DNA from: Phoronis australis
Lineage: Eukaryota; Animalia; Phoronida
Direction: 5' to 3'
Length of the DNA stretch: 64,000 bases
NCBI GenBank assembly: GCA_002633005.1
Contig: NMRA01000136.1
Span: forward strand, 130,859-194,858
The notes beneath the pieces were generated by a model. It was not told where the DNA came from and did no database searches. It saw only the letters and a program-made list of their open reading frames with translations. The translations under genes were made by a program, and so were the position numbers. How positions within the stretch are numbered: the first letter of the stretch is position 1; each line of letters opens with the position of its first letter. Positions 36,601-47,162 of this stretch are shown piece after piece.

Positions 36601-37303
36601 GGCACACCGCAGCTCTCTGGCAGACCTACGTGCAGTGCAAACAGACTCCAGCCCCGGCAGTGTGACCCTCGCTGTGCCCATGAACTCTCCCAGGGTCAGT
36701 GACTCGGGTAATGCCAGTACATCATCTAGTGGAATATTCAAGAACAAGGCAAAGCTGCCAAAACAGTCGACGCCAAAGAAGACCAAGAAGATCAGGTTCC
36801 AGAGTCCCGAAAGAGAAGAGAAGAAAACACCAAAGAAGGATAAACCAAAGAAAGAAATGGCCGCCAAGAAGGCCAAGCCATTGAAAAAAGATGCGAAGAG
36901 TACAAAACAAGAGGCCAAGAAAGATTTGAGTAAGAAGATTAACAAAAATCCAGATGTTAATGATAATGGAGGAATATGGATGGGAGATGAGGATAAATTT
37001 GGAGGAGTGTACATGGGAGATGATAACGATGACGGCCAATCAGATGTCAGATATGGAGGTGTATACCTCGGAGATGACAGCTGTAAGAACCAATCAAAAA
37101 TAGCTAATAATAACTACAAGCCCAGTATGCATGAGAGCAATCAAAGAAATGTGAACAGTGACATCTATAGGCAGGAGGACGTAGAAATGCAGCAGAGAGA
37201 CAAGAAGAGATTGCTGAAGCAGAAATTGCGACAGTTTACCAATGTGTTCTCTAAAAATGACCATGAAGCAGATGTTGATCTGAGAACTATGGGATTGTTA
37301 TAG
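33605..37303 (+). CDS. Nested uncharacterised gene, 3.7-kb last exon; Ser/Asn/Asp-rich, probably disordered, with N-terminal coiled coil
   Basis: 1232 uninterrupted codons after the acceptor TTTTCGATTTTCAG. No RT, transposase or other catalytic motif is recognisable. The TTG start in the ORF track is intronic. Confidence 0.9.
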   Translation: MLSIKEDLELKIEIEALKQQFLEASLVLAQYEGVDTHDLDIDKETRERCSLTKHIKTRFTKQSVIQRSPSPMLGRSASRSSSFRSHGKHTHEHYYNTKELSARIRNHLSPGGASSTNGNSDKHAANVHSRSGADTDSAKALENSQSFTRVPERGTITNRDRLHIPDGQDYITTIDSNAQGDVSYANVEKLTVPNIYRRDVLQNNRSKMNNICDDKDTDHQRRLLPQQIIKNRTRDDESFPVNDIGNVMPDKPMSHTGQAETLQTRKTGKSHQKCVACTVSDPLRTPTNTVKTHQPYLSQLAQMMMPRRGSVHELLQAKSSPENNGVLVLYDNQSDSRENALSEKSNSSSSNSDINEDTTIQLDQVSSESDSESRMLEYNDHVTSPIVGGQEKNYSSNENSFNIDSNNTSFSTNHEVARIMGAINESQNSQNSSLCHQTGVDSSGTSLSILDYEQLVLQNRSSEDEESGIEAGQKLPVPSSTSLNSQPHNEIKNSAEIQEIRSLSNITNTTKSNQNEHVPQMVAGFDYDIPSNLVNNANISFENAELFDLDTEDIDRKNSPPCDETKNLTNNEEEITKSELKLDNVSLSTCETEVECYDLDKEFRPIPSARTNIHKSSYVNAENKPRKTNRKQISSRVSATQVSSSDECSDPMWTISEFRTGKTGQVLRRLSSSRFSEKSSSFRSETQSSETTSIGEPFTHKELSKTKLEPSEMNATIRTQTFNKNSTSKPKPAPRKLGQSNILKTQHPLETTTKTTSNLNLEQLKSKQPTNGLSRISDNVDTATKTTSRLTLDSKMSKQPPNGPNHHRTSGLREERECHSSTSDLSTADNESVYTWTIQDDSDYQNIEDTFEENFQRIHRVEKDFRRSTAQSRVDRLLQQNICPDHELHMALGEPCTFLMGSDAILSLLPEETEELAALSGESSQLWDDDGGSQVTAFSDSELFSDDDMELIKLARRRRPSSHDYTSRSPQSYSSGQSSSGVQSSAAFNDAMMVDSSLEAHRSSLADLRAVQTDSSPGSVTLAVPMNSPRVSDSGNASTSSSGIFKNKAKLPKQSTPKKTKKIRFQSPEREEKKTPKKDKPKKEMAAKKAKPLKKDAKSTKQEAKKDLSKKINKNPDVNDNGGIWMGDEDKFGGVYMGDDNDDGQSDVRYGGVYLGDDSCKNQSKIANNNYKPSMHESNQRNVNSDIYRQEDVEMQQRDKKRLLKQKLRQFTNVFSKNDHEADVDLRTMGLL

Positions 37304-39682
37304 ACAAAATCAAAAGGATCCATACTTGGGCTGAGGTCTAATGTTCCAACTTGGACTCCAAATCATTTTTATTCTACTTTGGTAGGAAATCACGATGTGT
37401 AACAATGATTGAGTGTTAGAGTATATGTATTCTCCTTAAAGCATATCAGTTTCTAGTCCAATCTGAGCTATTGGCTCGAATTCAAAATTAAGATTTCGAG
37501 TTCACACTTAAGTTTAGGAGCTTTAACGCTGAGGGCCATAAAACGCAAGCGCGGATTAAACATTCTTGCATGTAAACCATAATGCACTCTAGCTCGAGGT
37601 AGAACTAAAAATGTCAAAAAATATTTCAAGCTAGAAGATTAGACCCCAGGCCTTGGAACAATTCCAACCTCATAAGATGAAAATCAATGTGTATCTAATT
37701 AGCTCTACTACACAGGTCTTCAGAAAATTTGAACTAAGACTAGTCAAGTCTTCAGAACTTGACTAGGTGTAAGTGACACATCCGTCTCGAAATGACTGCA
37801 CAAAACAATCAATAATTTTTTAATGCTTTACGAAGATTTGATGGACACAATTTTTAAAGCCCCATGCAGCGTTAGCTTTAAAAAAATATTGTTCTCGATC
37901 ATGTTTTGCAGTCTAACCATTTGTTTTGGTTCTCTCATCTGGCGAGTTTGTGTTCCTGACTACAAAGGATAACACAATAGACAGAACAGAGTTCATCTGG
38001 CGGCTTGAAGAAGAACATTGACTACCACCAACTTGATTTATCCTAGTTATAAGTTTACAACTGATTTATCCTAGTTATAAGTTTACAACTGGTTTAATTA
38101 GTGCTCTGTGAGAGTTGATTACTTTCAGTTACTTCTTAACAACACAATTTGAGCCATTAACAGTATTCATTTTGGTTACGCAACCTGCATCGCCCAATCT
38201 ATGGTAAAGCATTACAAAGGTTAAGCATCGCATAAGCGTCACTGAGATGACCTACATACCTCAGACTCTTAGGTACATTTGAGCTAAAACAGTATTTTTC
38301 CAAAAGAAATCCGCCATTAAAACATAAATTATGTGAAATGGTTAATAGCATTCAATATAGTACAAGCATCTGCTATTACAAGCCAATATCTTGCCATAAA
38401 AATGCTTGTATCCACATTTGACATTGAAAGCAATTACCTGATGGCTGGTTAATGAAACCTGTATACCCTAGAGTCATAGATAGTTTGATTACCTGGTGCT
38501 ACCGAGTGAATGAGCTCCTATTATTTATTTGATATGTTTGTGTACAACAGAAATCTTGTGTCAGAAGGTTTTTAAGATTTTGCGATTAAAACATCTTGGA
38601 AAATGTTTTTGAAGTCCGTTATTCTTTTAATCTTAAACTTGTTCATTTTTAGCATTAAGTATCATCATCCAATCTAAAACTAAATAATCTTGAGTGCAAA
38701 CAATCCAAAAACTACTTCTTAAATTCAACTCTTCTGTTTTACTCATGGTGTGATTGATCTAGTTTTCGAAATTCAGTGCCGCCAACACACTACTGAGCTT
38801 AGAGAGACAAGCGTCCCATTCAGGTTCTAAATAATCCACTTTGTCTAAATTGTAACCCACTTTACTACAGCGAAACTTTATCATCATGACGAACGGCGAA
38901 CCAACCTTGGCTTATCTACGGAAAATCCCGGTAACTACCTCTACCACACATCAATTAAGACATAAGACACAATGGGAAATGGATTCACAAGTTCATATAT
39001 CTATCTTTTGTAGTCGTTACCTTGAGAGATTTCTGAGCACTGACAAACTGTCTCGGAGTTCATGAAATAGTTATTCAATGGCACTTTTCATATTTCCCAA
39101 TTTAATGATGCCAAGTGAGAAGCAACCCTCCATATTTTGAATAAAAGCCAGCCATCCATTTACACTCATGTGACAATCAAATTTACAGCATATGTCATAA
39201 AATATTGCTTTAATGCAGACATGTAGTCGTTGTATGAGTGCAACAGCAGTATAGCTAGACTCAATGAGAAGTACACAGAGATATCTAACATATGTCCAAG
39301 GAATAAGCGAACAAGCAGCATGCAGCAGAAAGCCAAACAAACTTGTTTAAAATCACATTTATGAAACAATATTCTGGTTCTACCTAATTTCCGAACACCC
39401 GTGCGTTTAAATGGCAGTAGAAAGTGAAGCTTAGGACTATTATGGCTATTATGCACACATTTGTGAGGTTCTTTGATAGTACAACTTGTGCCCTCTTTGG
39501 GCCAAAAATAACGGAATGGAGAGGAACAAAGGTGAGGGCACAATAGTGACCAACACCATCAGTGACCACGACAGAAATAAGATGTTCAAACAAAACCAGA
39601 AAGAAATGAGAAACACCACATATCACCTGAAAATACAACAAACGAGACTCCACAGGTCTCAACAAATGTTTCGAGTACTCAC

Positions 39683-39826
39683 CGGTATTAAAAACTCTTT
39701 GTACTTCTCATATAGTCTGTATCTCTTTTCTGGGTTGTCCGGATGTAGAGACTTCTGAGTGAGCTTTCGAAGCATCTCCTTTTTCAACTCCATTCCAAAT
39801 CTGGAGTGGAGGTCTTGTTCGTGTGT
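39683..39826 (-). CDS. MRPL28: MRPL28 coding exon 5
   Basis: THEQDLHSRFGMELKKEMLRKLTQKSLHPDNPEKRYRLYEKYKEFLIP; CAG acceptor, GTGAGT donor, 144 nt, phase 0/0. Confidence 0.95.
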
Positions 39827-42030
39827 CTGGAAGAACAAGTGCATAACATGCAATGGTTGGGGGCTACTTCAAAAAGATCAGCCACAACTTTGGACAGGAG
39901 GTCAACTCATACATGATAAAGTATATAAACTGGTTTATACACTACTAGCAAGCACATTTGATGTCTTATAACACACTTAGGCTTGAATTACAATTAAGTT
40001 TGTTTCCAAACATGCCACAGATTGTAAAATATCTGCATGACACAAAATATTTTATTTGATATCTGAATTATCTTTCAATTTCAGCAAAACAGACCATGTG
40101 CAGAAGTGACCTGGCTGGGGGGGTGACAATGATGGGAGGACTAGCGGAACAAATGACTGGAGTAAGATCCAATAAGTGATGGTGACTGGGGGCAGTGTGA
40201 GATCGGTGATAATCAGGGAAAGCACAGGCAGTGATAAAACCTAGCAATGCCAATGGAAATTGACCAATCCATCTCAGAGTAGTCCCGGTCAAGAAACAAC
40301 ATTTTATGGCAGGTCTCATTGTTTTTAAGGAAGTTAAACTACAGGGTACATACCTTAACTGTTGTGACAAAACTTTATTTCCATCACAACACATCATTCC
40401 CGCTATACTGACGATGAATTGCCCAAACAATCAGCCGCTAAGTTGGGGCATAGGTGATTTTGCATGTCAAATAGTTTTAGCACGTACTGCATTCAAATAT
40501 TTGCCTTAAACTTTATACTACAGTTGGAATGATAAGTTAACGTGAAAGATAATTTAAAATAACAATGCCCATCAACACAAAACAACATCTTGGTCAATAA
40601 TTCAGAATTACTTTGAGAGAAATGCTTGAAAAGCTGGTCATAATGTACATAACATTTAACGTGAGCTATGTTGTTCTGTTCATAATTATCAACATTCTGA
40701 CAACAGCATGAACCATACCCATTTTCTGACTACCTCCTAAAGAAGTCACAAAATTGTTGACGTGTTCTTGGACCACCAGAAACACTTCTTGAACAAGGTC
40801 GTTTTAAATGCAACAATTAATATTGAAGAGTGAAAGTAGAAATCACTCCTAAAACTGCCACTAGAAAGTGAAGCAGTGGTTGTAATTGTCCAAAAATAAA
40901 CGTCAGCCAAGTTCGCATCAACAGAAACACCCTACCAATTCCCTAATGTTTAGTGTGACATCATTTTAACATTTTGAATCTAGACAAATAAAAAATGCCA
41001 AAATCAAAAACAATAATAATCACTAGGCCAGGCTGAAGTAGCGCTGTAATTTATCAAGCACTTCGAAAATTATTACCTGGTTACAGAACTGGTCAATCTT
41101 AATCCTTCTCAACTCCTCAGGAACATACAATGGGTGCAACCATTGTCGGACCAAACTGATTAATCCAAACCCATAGCTTTTTAAAAATTTCAAATGCTAA
41201 ACTGCCACCGTAGTTACCTGATTCGGGCAAAATTCAAGACTTACAAATTCTTTGAAAATGTGATGAGACACTGCATTTCTAATAACATTTGTGGGTCCAA
41301 ATCGCATCATAAATAGCGGCAGATACTAAACAATCTAGTAGGTAGCATCAAAGTAGTTGGATTGTTTGAAAGGCAATGTTTGTTCTGTTCTTGTCACTAA
41401 AAACACATCTATCAAATTTTATGACGATTCAAAAAACTGGGAAGATTTTGAGACAAACGAAAAACTCCTGCCGCAAGGGGGCATAGTGGTTTTCACATCT
41501 GTATGAAAAAAACACAAGTCACACTCTCAACATTAGATACAAATCCTTTGGATTTCCTGACAATCCTTTTACTAGTTTGGCACTAGAGAGGTGTATTACG
41601 CAAAACGAAGAAGAGATACCAAAATTGCCACTAGGGAGAACAGCAGTTATTGGGTCAGTTCAAATTTTATAAGTAAATGTAGTCCAGTGTTCTCCACAAC
41701 AGAAAATTTAAACTCTGCTGGAATTAAACACGCACGTGTTCAAAAGTCCATGCCCACATTGGGGGAAATTTGGTTCAGAAATGACTTATTTCCCAATACT
41801 TCAAACTTGTTGTATAGGTGGCTACATTATGCGGCCACACACAAGCAATGGTAATGGCCCATGAGAGCAAAAATATTCCTCATTTCTCAGACAAAAACCG
41901 AAATAGAAAGACTTGTACGATAAAGCAAAAGGTGTTGAGAAAGAACGACATAAAAAAACATGGAGAAGAGGAAGAAAACAAACGTAAAGATGAGAGCGTA
42001 AAACAAAGGTAAAGAGACGCACATACACAC

Positions 42031-42172
42031 CTTTAATATGTAGCTATCAAGGCCATAATGGTCGTCTATAAGCTGTAGTGTTCGTCTTGTGACGGTTGTT
42101 AGAAAATATTTGTCCAGGATCTCACTGTACAGCACCTTCTTCATCAAATTGGGCTTCCAAACATGGGGATGT
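42031..42172 (-). CDS. MRPL28: MRPL28 coding exon 4
   Basis: [47 protein letters not shown], the bL28 core. Confidence 0.95.
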
Positions 42173-42610
42173 CTAGATATACAAACACTTATGGAAGGTG
42201 ACGGGCAAACAACTGTTTTGCAAAGTTTACTATTTCAAATACCTATAATTTCATCCACTGTAAAAACAAGGAACTTAAAAATCAAGTTTCACAGTTGATG
42301 CAAAAATTAGCACACGATTTTGTTACTTCAAAACTAAATTTTTCGCATCTTAGTTATAACATTGAATTTGTCTCAATTATAGATGTTGGAAATAATTAAA
42401 AGACTACTGCAACAAATATAGAATCTTGCCAGTCCTGATGATGTTTTTTAGACAATAAAGCAAAACATGTTTTACAATGAATTTATGCAGTTATTTTTAA
42501 ATCCGTAAATGAACTCCTAAAAAAATCAACAAATTAGGTGTGGCATTTCGCTCACCTGATACAACTGGGCTAAAAAATGATTACAAACATTTAAACTGAT
42601 TGCTGCTTAC

Positions 42611-42727
42611 TTGGGTCGTCTGGCCTTCCTTTTGATAAAGCCTCGCACAATACCTTCACCACCCCATAGTCCCTTATCAGCCTCCCTCGGATAGATGACT
42701 TCTACTGGAACATTCTGAACTTTGACC
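42611..42727 (-). CDS. MRPL28: MRPL28 coding exon 3
   Basis: VKVQNVPVEVIYPREADKGLWGGEGIVRGFIKRKARRP with the conserved GLWGGEG; phase 2/2. Confidence 0.95.
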
Positions 42728-43075
42728 CTGTCGTAAATGAAAAGATAAACAATATTAATGAAAAATTCCACGACTTTAATTGCATTCTGACCCAGAAAAA
42801 AGGAAGATACATGGCTACAAACTTGCTCTAAAACTCGAAGTTAAATTTCAACTTCAAGGAAATATTCAAATGATGAAAACAGTAAAGCAAATTTGAACCA
42901 ATTTACTGAAATTCTTCATCAATCTTAAATTGTAACTGAACGGAAGTGCAGAATGGAAGTGCAGAACCATCGGATACAAATTAACAGTGTTAACAAAAAC
43001 ACAAACCCATAGTGCACAATAATCCAAACTAAACAAAAATGGAAAGTAACCGATAATTTTCCACAATTCACTCAC

Positions 43076-43261
43076 CTTTGACCCCAGTTATCTAATTTAT
43101 ATTTCCGTGTGTCATACTCATAATGAACAGCTTGTGGCACTCTCTGTTCTAGCTCAATCCTTCTCTGTTTGTAATGTTCTGGAAGTTTAGAGTGAGGTTC
43201 TTGCAGCCATCTTGACAACTTGTTCCATGGACGAAGACTTTTTGGCAGCTGACCCAATTTG
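43076..43261 (-). CDS. MRPL28: MRPL28 coding exon 2
   Basis: KLGQLPKSLRPW...SKLPEHYKQ...AVHYEYDTRKYKLDNWGQR; TTTTTTCAG acceptor, AG|GTGAGT donor; phase 2/2. Confidence 0.92.
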
Positions 43262-44391
43262 CTGAAAAAATTACACTTTGAACCAGGATGTGTTCATTTC
43301 TCAGCAAAAACATTCATGCTATAGTAGAGTTCTAAAACCCCTCAACAAGCAGCAGGTTATTCAAAGAAGAAGATATAAACTATGCATGAACCGTGATACG
43401 TTCTGGTATTTCTGCCTCAATCTGATAATTCAAAATGCTGATAATAAAGATATTTTTTAACTGATTTATTGAAGAGAAATAAATGCTCAAAATCTGTAAC
43501 ACATGAAAACCCATACATAGTTACATCCAGGTCCTAAAATTATGTAGAATATAGTCGGCAGCCCAGGAAAGGCATTTATAACGACTTGATTTCGGCGGTT
43601 CAGCCAGTGTGAAGCGCTATATGCAGAAATCTTCCAGTGTACATGGCTTATTAGAATGTGCTCCCACCTAGGTCTATGCCTGTGGTCACATAACAAAAGC
43701 TCATATACAAGGAACACCCCAGGTCGCTCTCTCACGTACTTCAACTTGGCTAGCACAGCTGAAGTCCATGAGAGACGAACACAACGTCGCTAATTCAAAT
43801 AAGCAAATTCAGGTATTTGATTCAATTTTTCTGTATTTGTTACCTCAACTGGATGTTTCAAAACTTTCATGCTTTTACACAGTTTGGAAGTCAACACAAA
43901 CTTTGAAACGAATTAAGGAATTATTGTCCGACTTAGATTTTCGCAGTGGCAACTTGGAATTTTTCCCAGGTTGTTAACCACAATCCTGGAGGTCGCCAAA
44001 TCGAGCACTGTTAAGCGTCCCTCCATGGGAAAAAGATACTCGTAGCAACTTGACTTCAACGGTTAAATCAGTGTGAGGCATAATTCGCCAAAAACCTTCC
44101 GACGTATGAAGGTCCTATGAGAACATCACTGTCTCTACTCCTAAGTAGACAGTGACACTGTCTAGATTTCTGCCTGATCGTGCTATACTGCAAAAGAATT
44201 TCTGAATATCTTGCTAAATGAGCAATTGCTTTTTGGAAGATCAGATTGAACGCCAGATTTTGGTTCAGGGGGTCGCTGGCACGATTCTCGACTGAACCAA
44301 GAAAATGTAGGCCTTGTATACGACTTTGGCTACAACCTGGACAATTGAATTGAATGGTTGAAGGGATGCAAACGCAAGTCAAGTCAGTTTG

Positions 44392-45288
44392 TAGGCAATG
44401 ACCATCGCCTCTGTTGGCCCGAAGCAGAGGCGATGTAGAGGCTATAGGCGCTCTGTACGCCGGAAGCTTTTCGGCGAATTTTGCCTCGCACCGACTAAAC
44501 CATCAAAGTCACGTTGTTATAAATACCTTTTGCGCATAGAGGAATACCTTAGGTTGTCGATGTGTTTAATTCCTTCCAACTCGAACAAATACTCCTGTTA
44601 TGAAACTTTTTCTTCGAGCAGTCCCCATTTCAGTTCCCAAAATCGTGAACTCACCATTTTTATACTGCGCACGCTCCAATTCATGACCTCAATCTTTAAA
44701 TAGGCCAAAGGTGAGCCATTGCGGTCTTGTCAGTCAAATGTTCGTTTCCAAAATGCCACCACTTATACTTGTCTTTAATTGGCGTTACTTGAAACTGATT
44801 GTATTTCAATGAATCATTGTTTGTATTTGATAAAAATAAATGCTGTTGATATGACATTTAATAGTCTTTGTGCACATATTTGACATTTTAATGTTTAACA
44901 ACACGGCAAATGCACGGCTGGTTCCCGGCAGCACGTACGCGAAGGGTGGGAACTTCAGCTTTCAAAGTTCGCCGGTAGGTCTGCAACTTCTGACCTTCGG
45001 CCTGGTTAAAAAAATGAAAAAGTTGATTTCACGATTTTGGAAACTGAAATAGGGACTGCTCGAAGAAAAAGTTTCATAACGGGAGTATTTCTTCGAGTTG
45101 GAAGGAATTAAACACATCGACAACCTCCTAAGGTGTTCCTTTATGCGCAAAAGGTATTTATAACAACGTGACTTTGATGGTTTAGTCGGTGCGAGGCATA
45201 ATTCGCCGAAAAGCTTCCGGCGTACAGAGCGCCTATAGCCTCTACATCGCCTCTGCTTCGGGCCAACAGAGGCGATGGTCATTGCCTA
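44392..45288. mobile_element. Non-autonomous foldback / Mutator-like DNA transposon (897 bp)
   Basis: ~260-bp near-identical TIRs starting TAGGCAATGACCATCGCC. Perfect 9-bp TSD GTCAGTTTG at 44383-44391 and 45289-45297. No transposase ORF. Confidence 0.9.
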
Positions 45289-45484
45289 GTCAGTTTGCTA
45301 CATTGAACTCGTAGCATAAGTAAATTACGGATTTAAACAATAAATACGATGTTCTGAAATCAGATCAACGGTGCTTTAGTTGGTTTTTGACACAGATGGC
45401 CGGGAAGGGTGGTTTTGAAATTTTTGTACAGCATTGGGATCTGATTTAGGCAAGATACAGAATGGTAGCAAACACACATTTTAC

Positions 45485-45489
45485 CTCAT
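45485..45489 (-). CDS. MRPL28: MRPL28 first coding micro-exon (ATG AG)
   Basis: Minus strand reads CTTCCGGTCAAAATGAG|GTAAAA. Phase 2 joins 43261 to give MSKLGQLPK..., and the total of 254-256 aa is close to the recalled human length of 256. Confidence 0.7.
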
Positions 45490-45730
45490 TTTGACCGGAA
45501 GCTATATTTGCAAAAAACTACAACGAATAACTTTAGTTAATTGTGACTAAGGGGCAAAACTACAAATACTACAAATCTCTTTCATCGCTTAGACTGGATT
45601 GAACCATTCCAATGTCTGAAAGTGTACTTAAATACGGAGATAAGCTCTTAAACATTATTTTTCATAGAAGACAGTTTGCCTCGCGAGAATCGCCGAGAGG
45701 TGTTTCCCTGCAACCATCAACAAATGGCGG
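45490..45730. promoter_or_regulatory. Bidirectional promoter shared by MRPL28 and the TTC6-like gene
   Basis: ETS-like CCGGAAG 45495-45501, CTCGCGAGA 45680-45688, RFX X-box-like GTTTCCCTGCAAC 45702-45714, YY1-like AAATGGCGG 45722-45730. Splice donors point outward on both sides (45484 minus, 45798 plus). Confidence 0.7.
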
Positions 45731-45941
45731 ACACGAGTGTTTCAGAGCTGAACACAACACGAAAGAAATTGTAGCGCAACTTGGCATCTAATGCAAGGTT
45801 TGTAAGAATCCATTGTGTGTCCTCGATTCAAATTTTCTAGTATTTTAAAAACGTATTTGTGTGTAATCGTTTTTCGAAATTACCGCATTGAACTGGACCT
45901 CAAAACTTGTTGAGAAATCAGCAGACTTGACACTGGATCTG

Positions 45942-46189
45942 GGGCCCGTTCCAACAAAACTGACTTAGCTAAGACAAATCTTAAATTTTAGTAAGCTTTA
46001 AGATAAGACTTAAATTTGTCTCGATACCGTTTCAAGAAAGAGATCTTAAGTTTGAATTAAGTTTTTGATAAAAGTTTTGTCTTAATTTTAACTATCTTAC
46101 CGGATATGTAAGTTTCAAAGTATGGAAGTTAAGACAAATCTTAGACTTAAGTCAAAAATGAACTTAAGTCAGTTTCTTGGAACGGGCCC
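45942..46189. mobile_element. PIF/Harbinger-type MITE
   Basis: TIR GGGCCCGTTCCAA(C/G)AAA..CTGACTTA, 3-bp TSD CTG on both sides, and internal CTTAAG-rich repeats. Confidence 0.85.
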
Positions 46190-46578
46190 CTGGTCCTTGA
46201 CCTTGATCATGATTGCTTGCTTGTCTGGCAGCCTTGACTTTTTTTTAGTCTTGGGAGTCTTGGTTCCACTTCAAACAAATGTACATTGTTGAGACTGGTG
46301 TCTTAACAGATTCTCCATCTAGAAAATGTGCCTCGGCAATTACGTTAGTAAGTAAGTAATGTTGTGAAAAATCACCTGGGCCAAGTTTCGAGTCTGGTAC
46401 CTCTTGCTTGCAAGCCAGGTGTCCTAGCCAGCCTACGAAATAGCAATTGTTTCACTATACTCTGGTTTACTTTTAAAACACCAGCTCCAGTAAAATACCT
46501 GACTTCGAATTTTCTCTGCTCTCTAGCTCTTATGTTATTTGTTATTTTGTTTCCTTACAGTTAACTTAGTCTTCTGTC

Positions 46579-46772
46579 ATGGATAGAGATCTATTTCCAA
46601 ATGGGGACGCTAATGCCCCTCAGTCCAAATTCAAGCATGCCAACCCTAGACGGATTGAGCTGGCTTTGCAACAAGAGCTCAATGACGTGGCAAGAAGAAC
46701 GCTGATGGATTTGACGGTCAAAAAACAGGCTCAGATGTCACAGCCTCTTGAAGAACCTCTCAAAACTGCAAG
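46579..46772 (+). CDS. TTC6-like protein (N-terminal, pre-TPR region), coding exon 1
   Basis: Acceptor ends at 46560; ATG 46579 gives MDRDLFPNG...KFKHANPRRIELALQQELNDVARRT; AG|GTATAA donor, phase 2. First of a phase-consistent chain of 9-10 exons. Confidence 0.75.
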
Positions 46773-47065
46773 GTATAACATTAAGAACCAATGGAAAGAT
46801 GGTAGTTACTATATATCCAGAATGTGATTTTCTTGTTGATTTATTTTACTATGTTTTTTTTACTTCAAAGGGATATTTCTGCCATGGTTTGATGAAATAC
46901 ACATACCGGGGGTATGCCTGATTGAGTTAAAACTCATGCTAGCCATATGTATTTATCTCAAAAACTTTGCCAGTATTTTCATTATCCTATGAGACTAGCT
47001 GCTAGGTTCCTTAGGGGTCCAATTATAGGTTTCATATACTGTCATCCTCTTGATTGTCTTAATAG

Positions 47066-47162
47066 GAAGCTGAAGCCAGAATTTGTTCCTCAGAAAGTGC
47101 GTCGTGAGAGGAAGTCACACCCCATTTTTCTTCCTGAATCGGCAACAACCATACCAACTGAG
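47066..47162 (+). CDS. TTC6-like exon 2
   Basis: KLKPEFVPQKVRRERKSHPIFLPESATTIPTE; phase 2/0. Confidence 0.75.

Noticed and set aside
33886-37039. Many short antisense or alternate-frame ORFs
   Set aside because: They are shadows of the long plus-strand exon.
38034-38090. 28-bp tandem duplication (a similar 22-bp direct repeat is at ~15777-15833)
   Set aside because: Ordinary local slippage duplication with no sign of function.
40735-41155. Minus-strand exon-like segments (e.g. LYVPEELRRIKIDQFCNQ) as missing SSUH2 exons
   Set aside because: No similarity to the expected SSUH2 C-terminal region and no convincing acceptors.
43740-43870. Alternative MRPL28 start (MKVLKHPVE plus RRCVRLSWTSAVLAKL exons)
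   Set aside because: It is phase-compatible but needs a 54-nt intron and has no promoter motifs. The ATG-AG micro-exon at 45485-45489 fits length and promoter context better. Not fully excluded.
44398-45282. Two near-identical ~100-aa ORFs (MTIASVGPKQRRCRG...) on opposite strands
   Set aside because: They are mirror images produced by the transposon TIRs and diverge where the TIRs end. No domain is recognisable.
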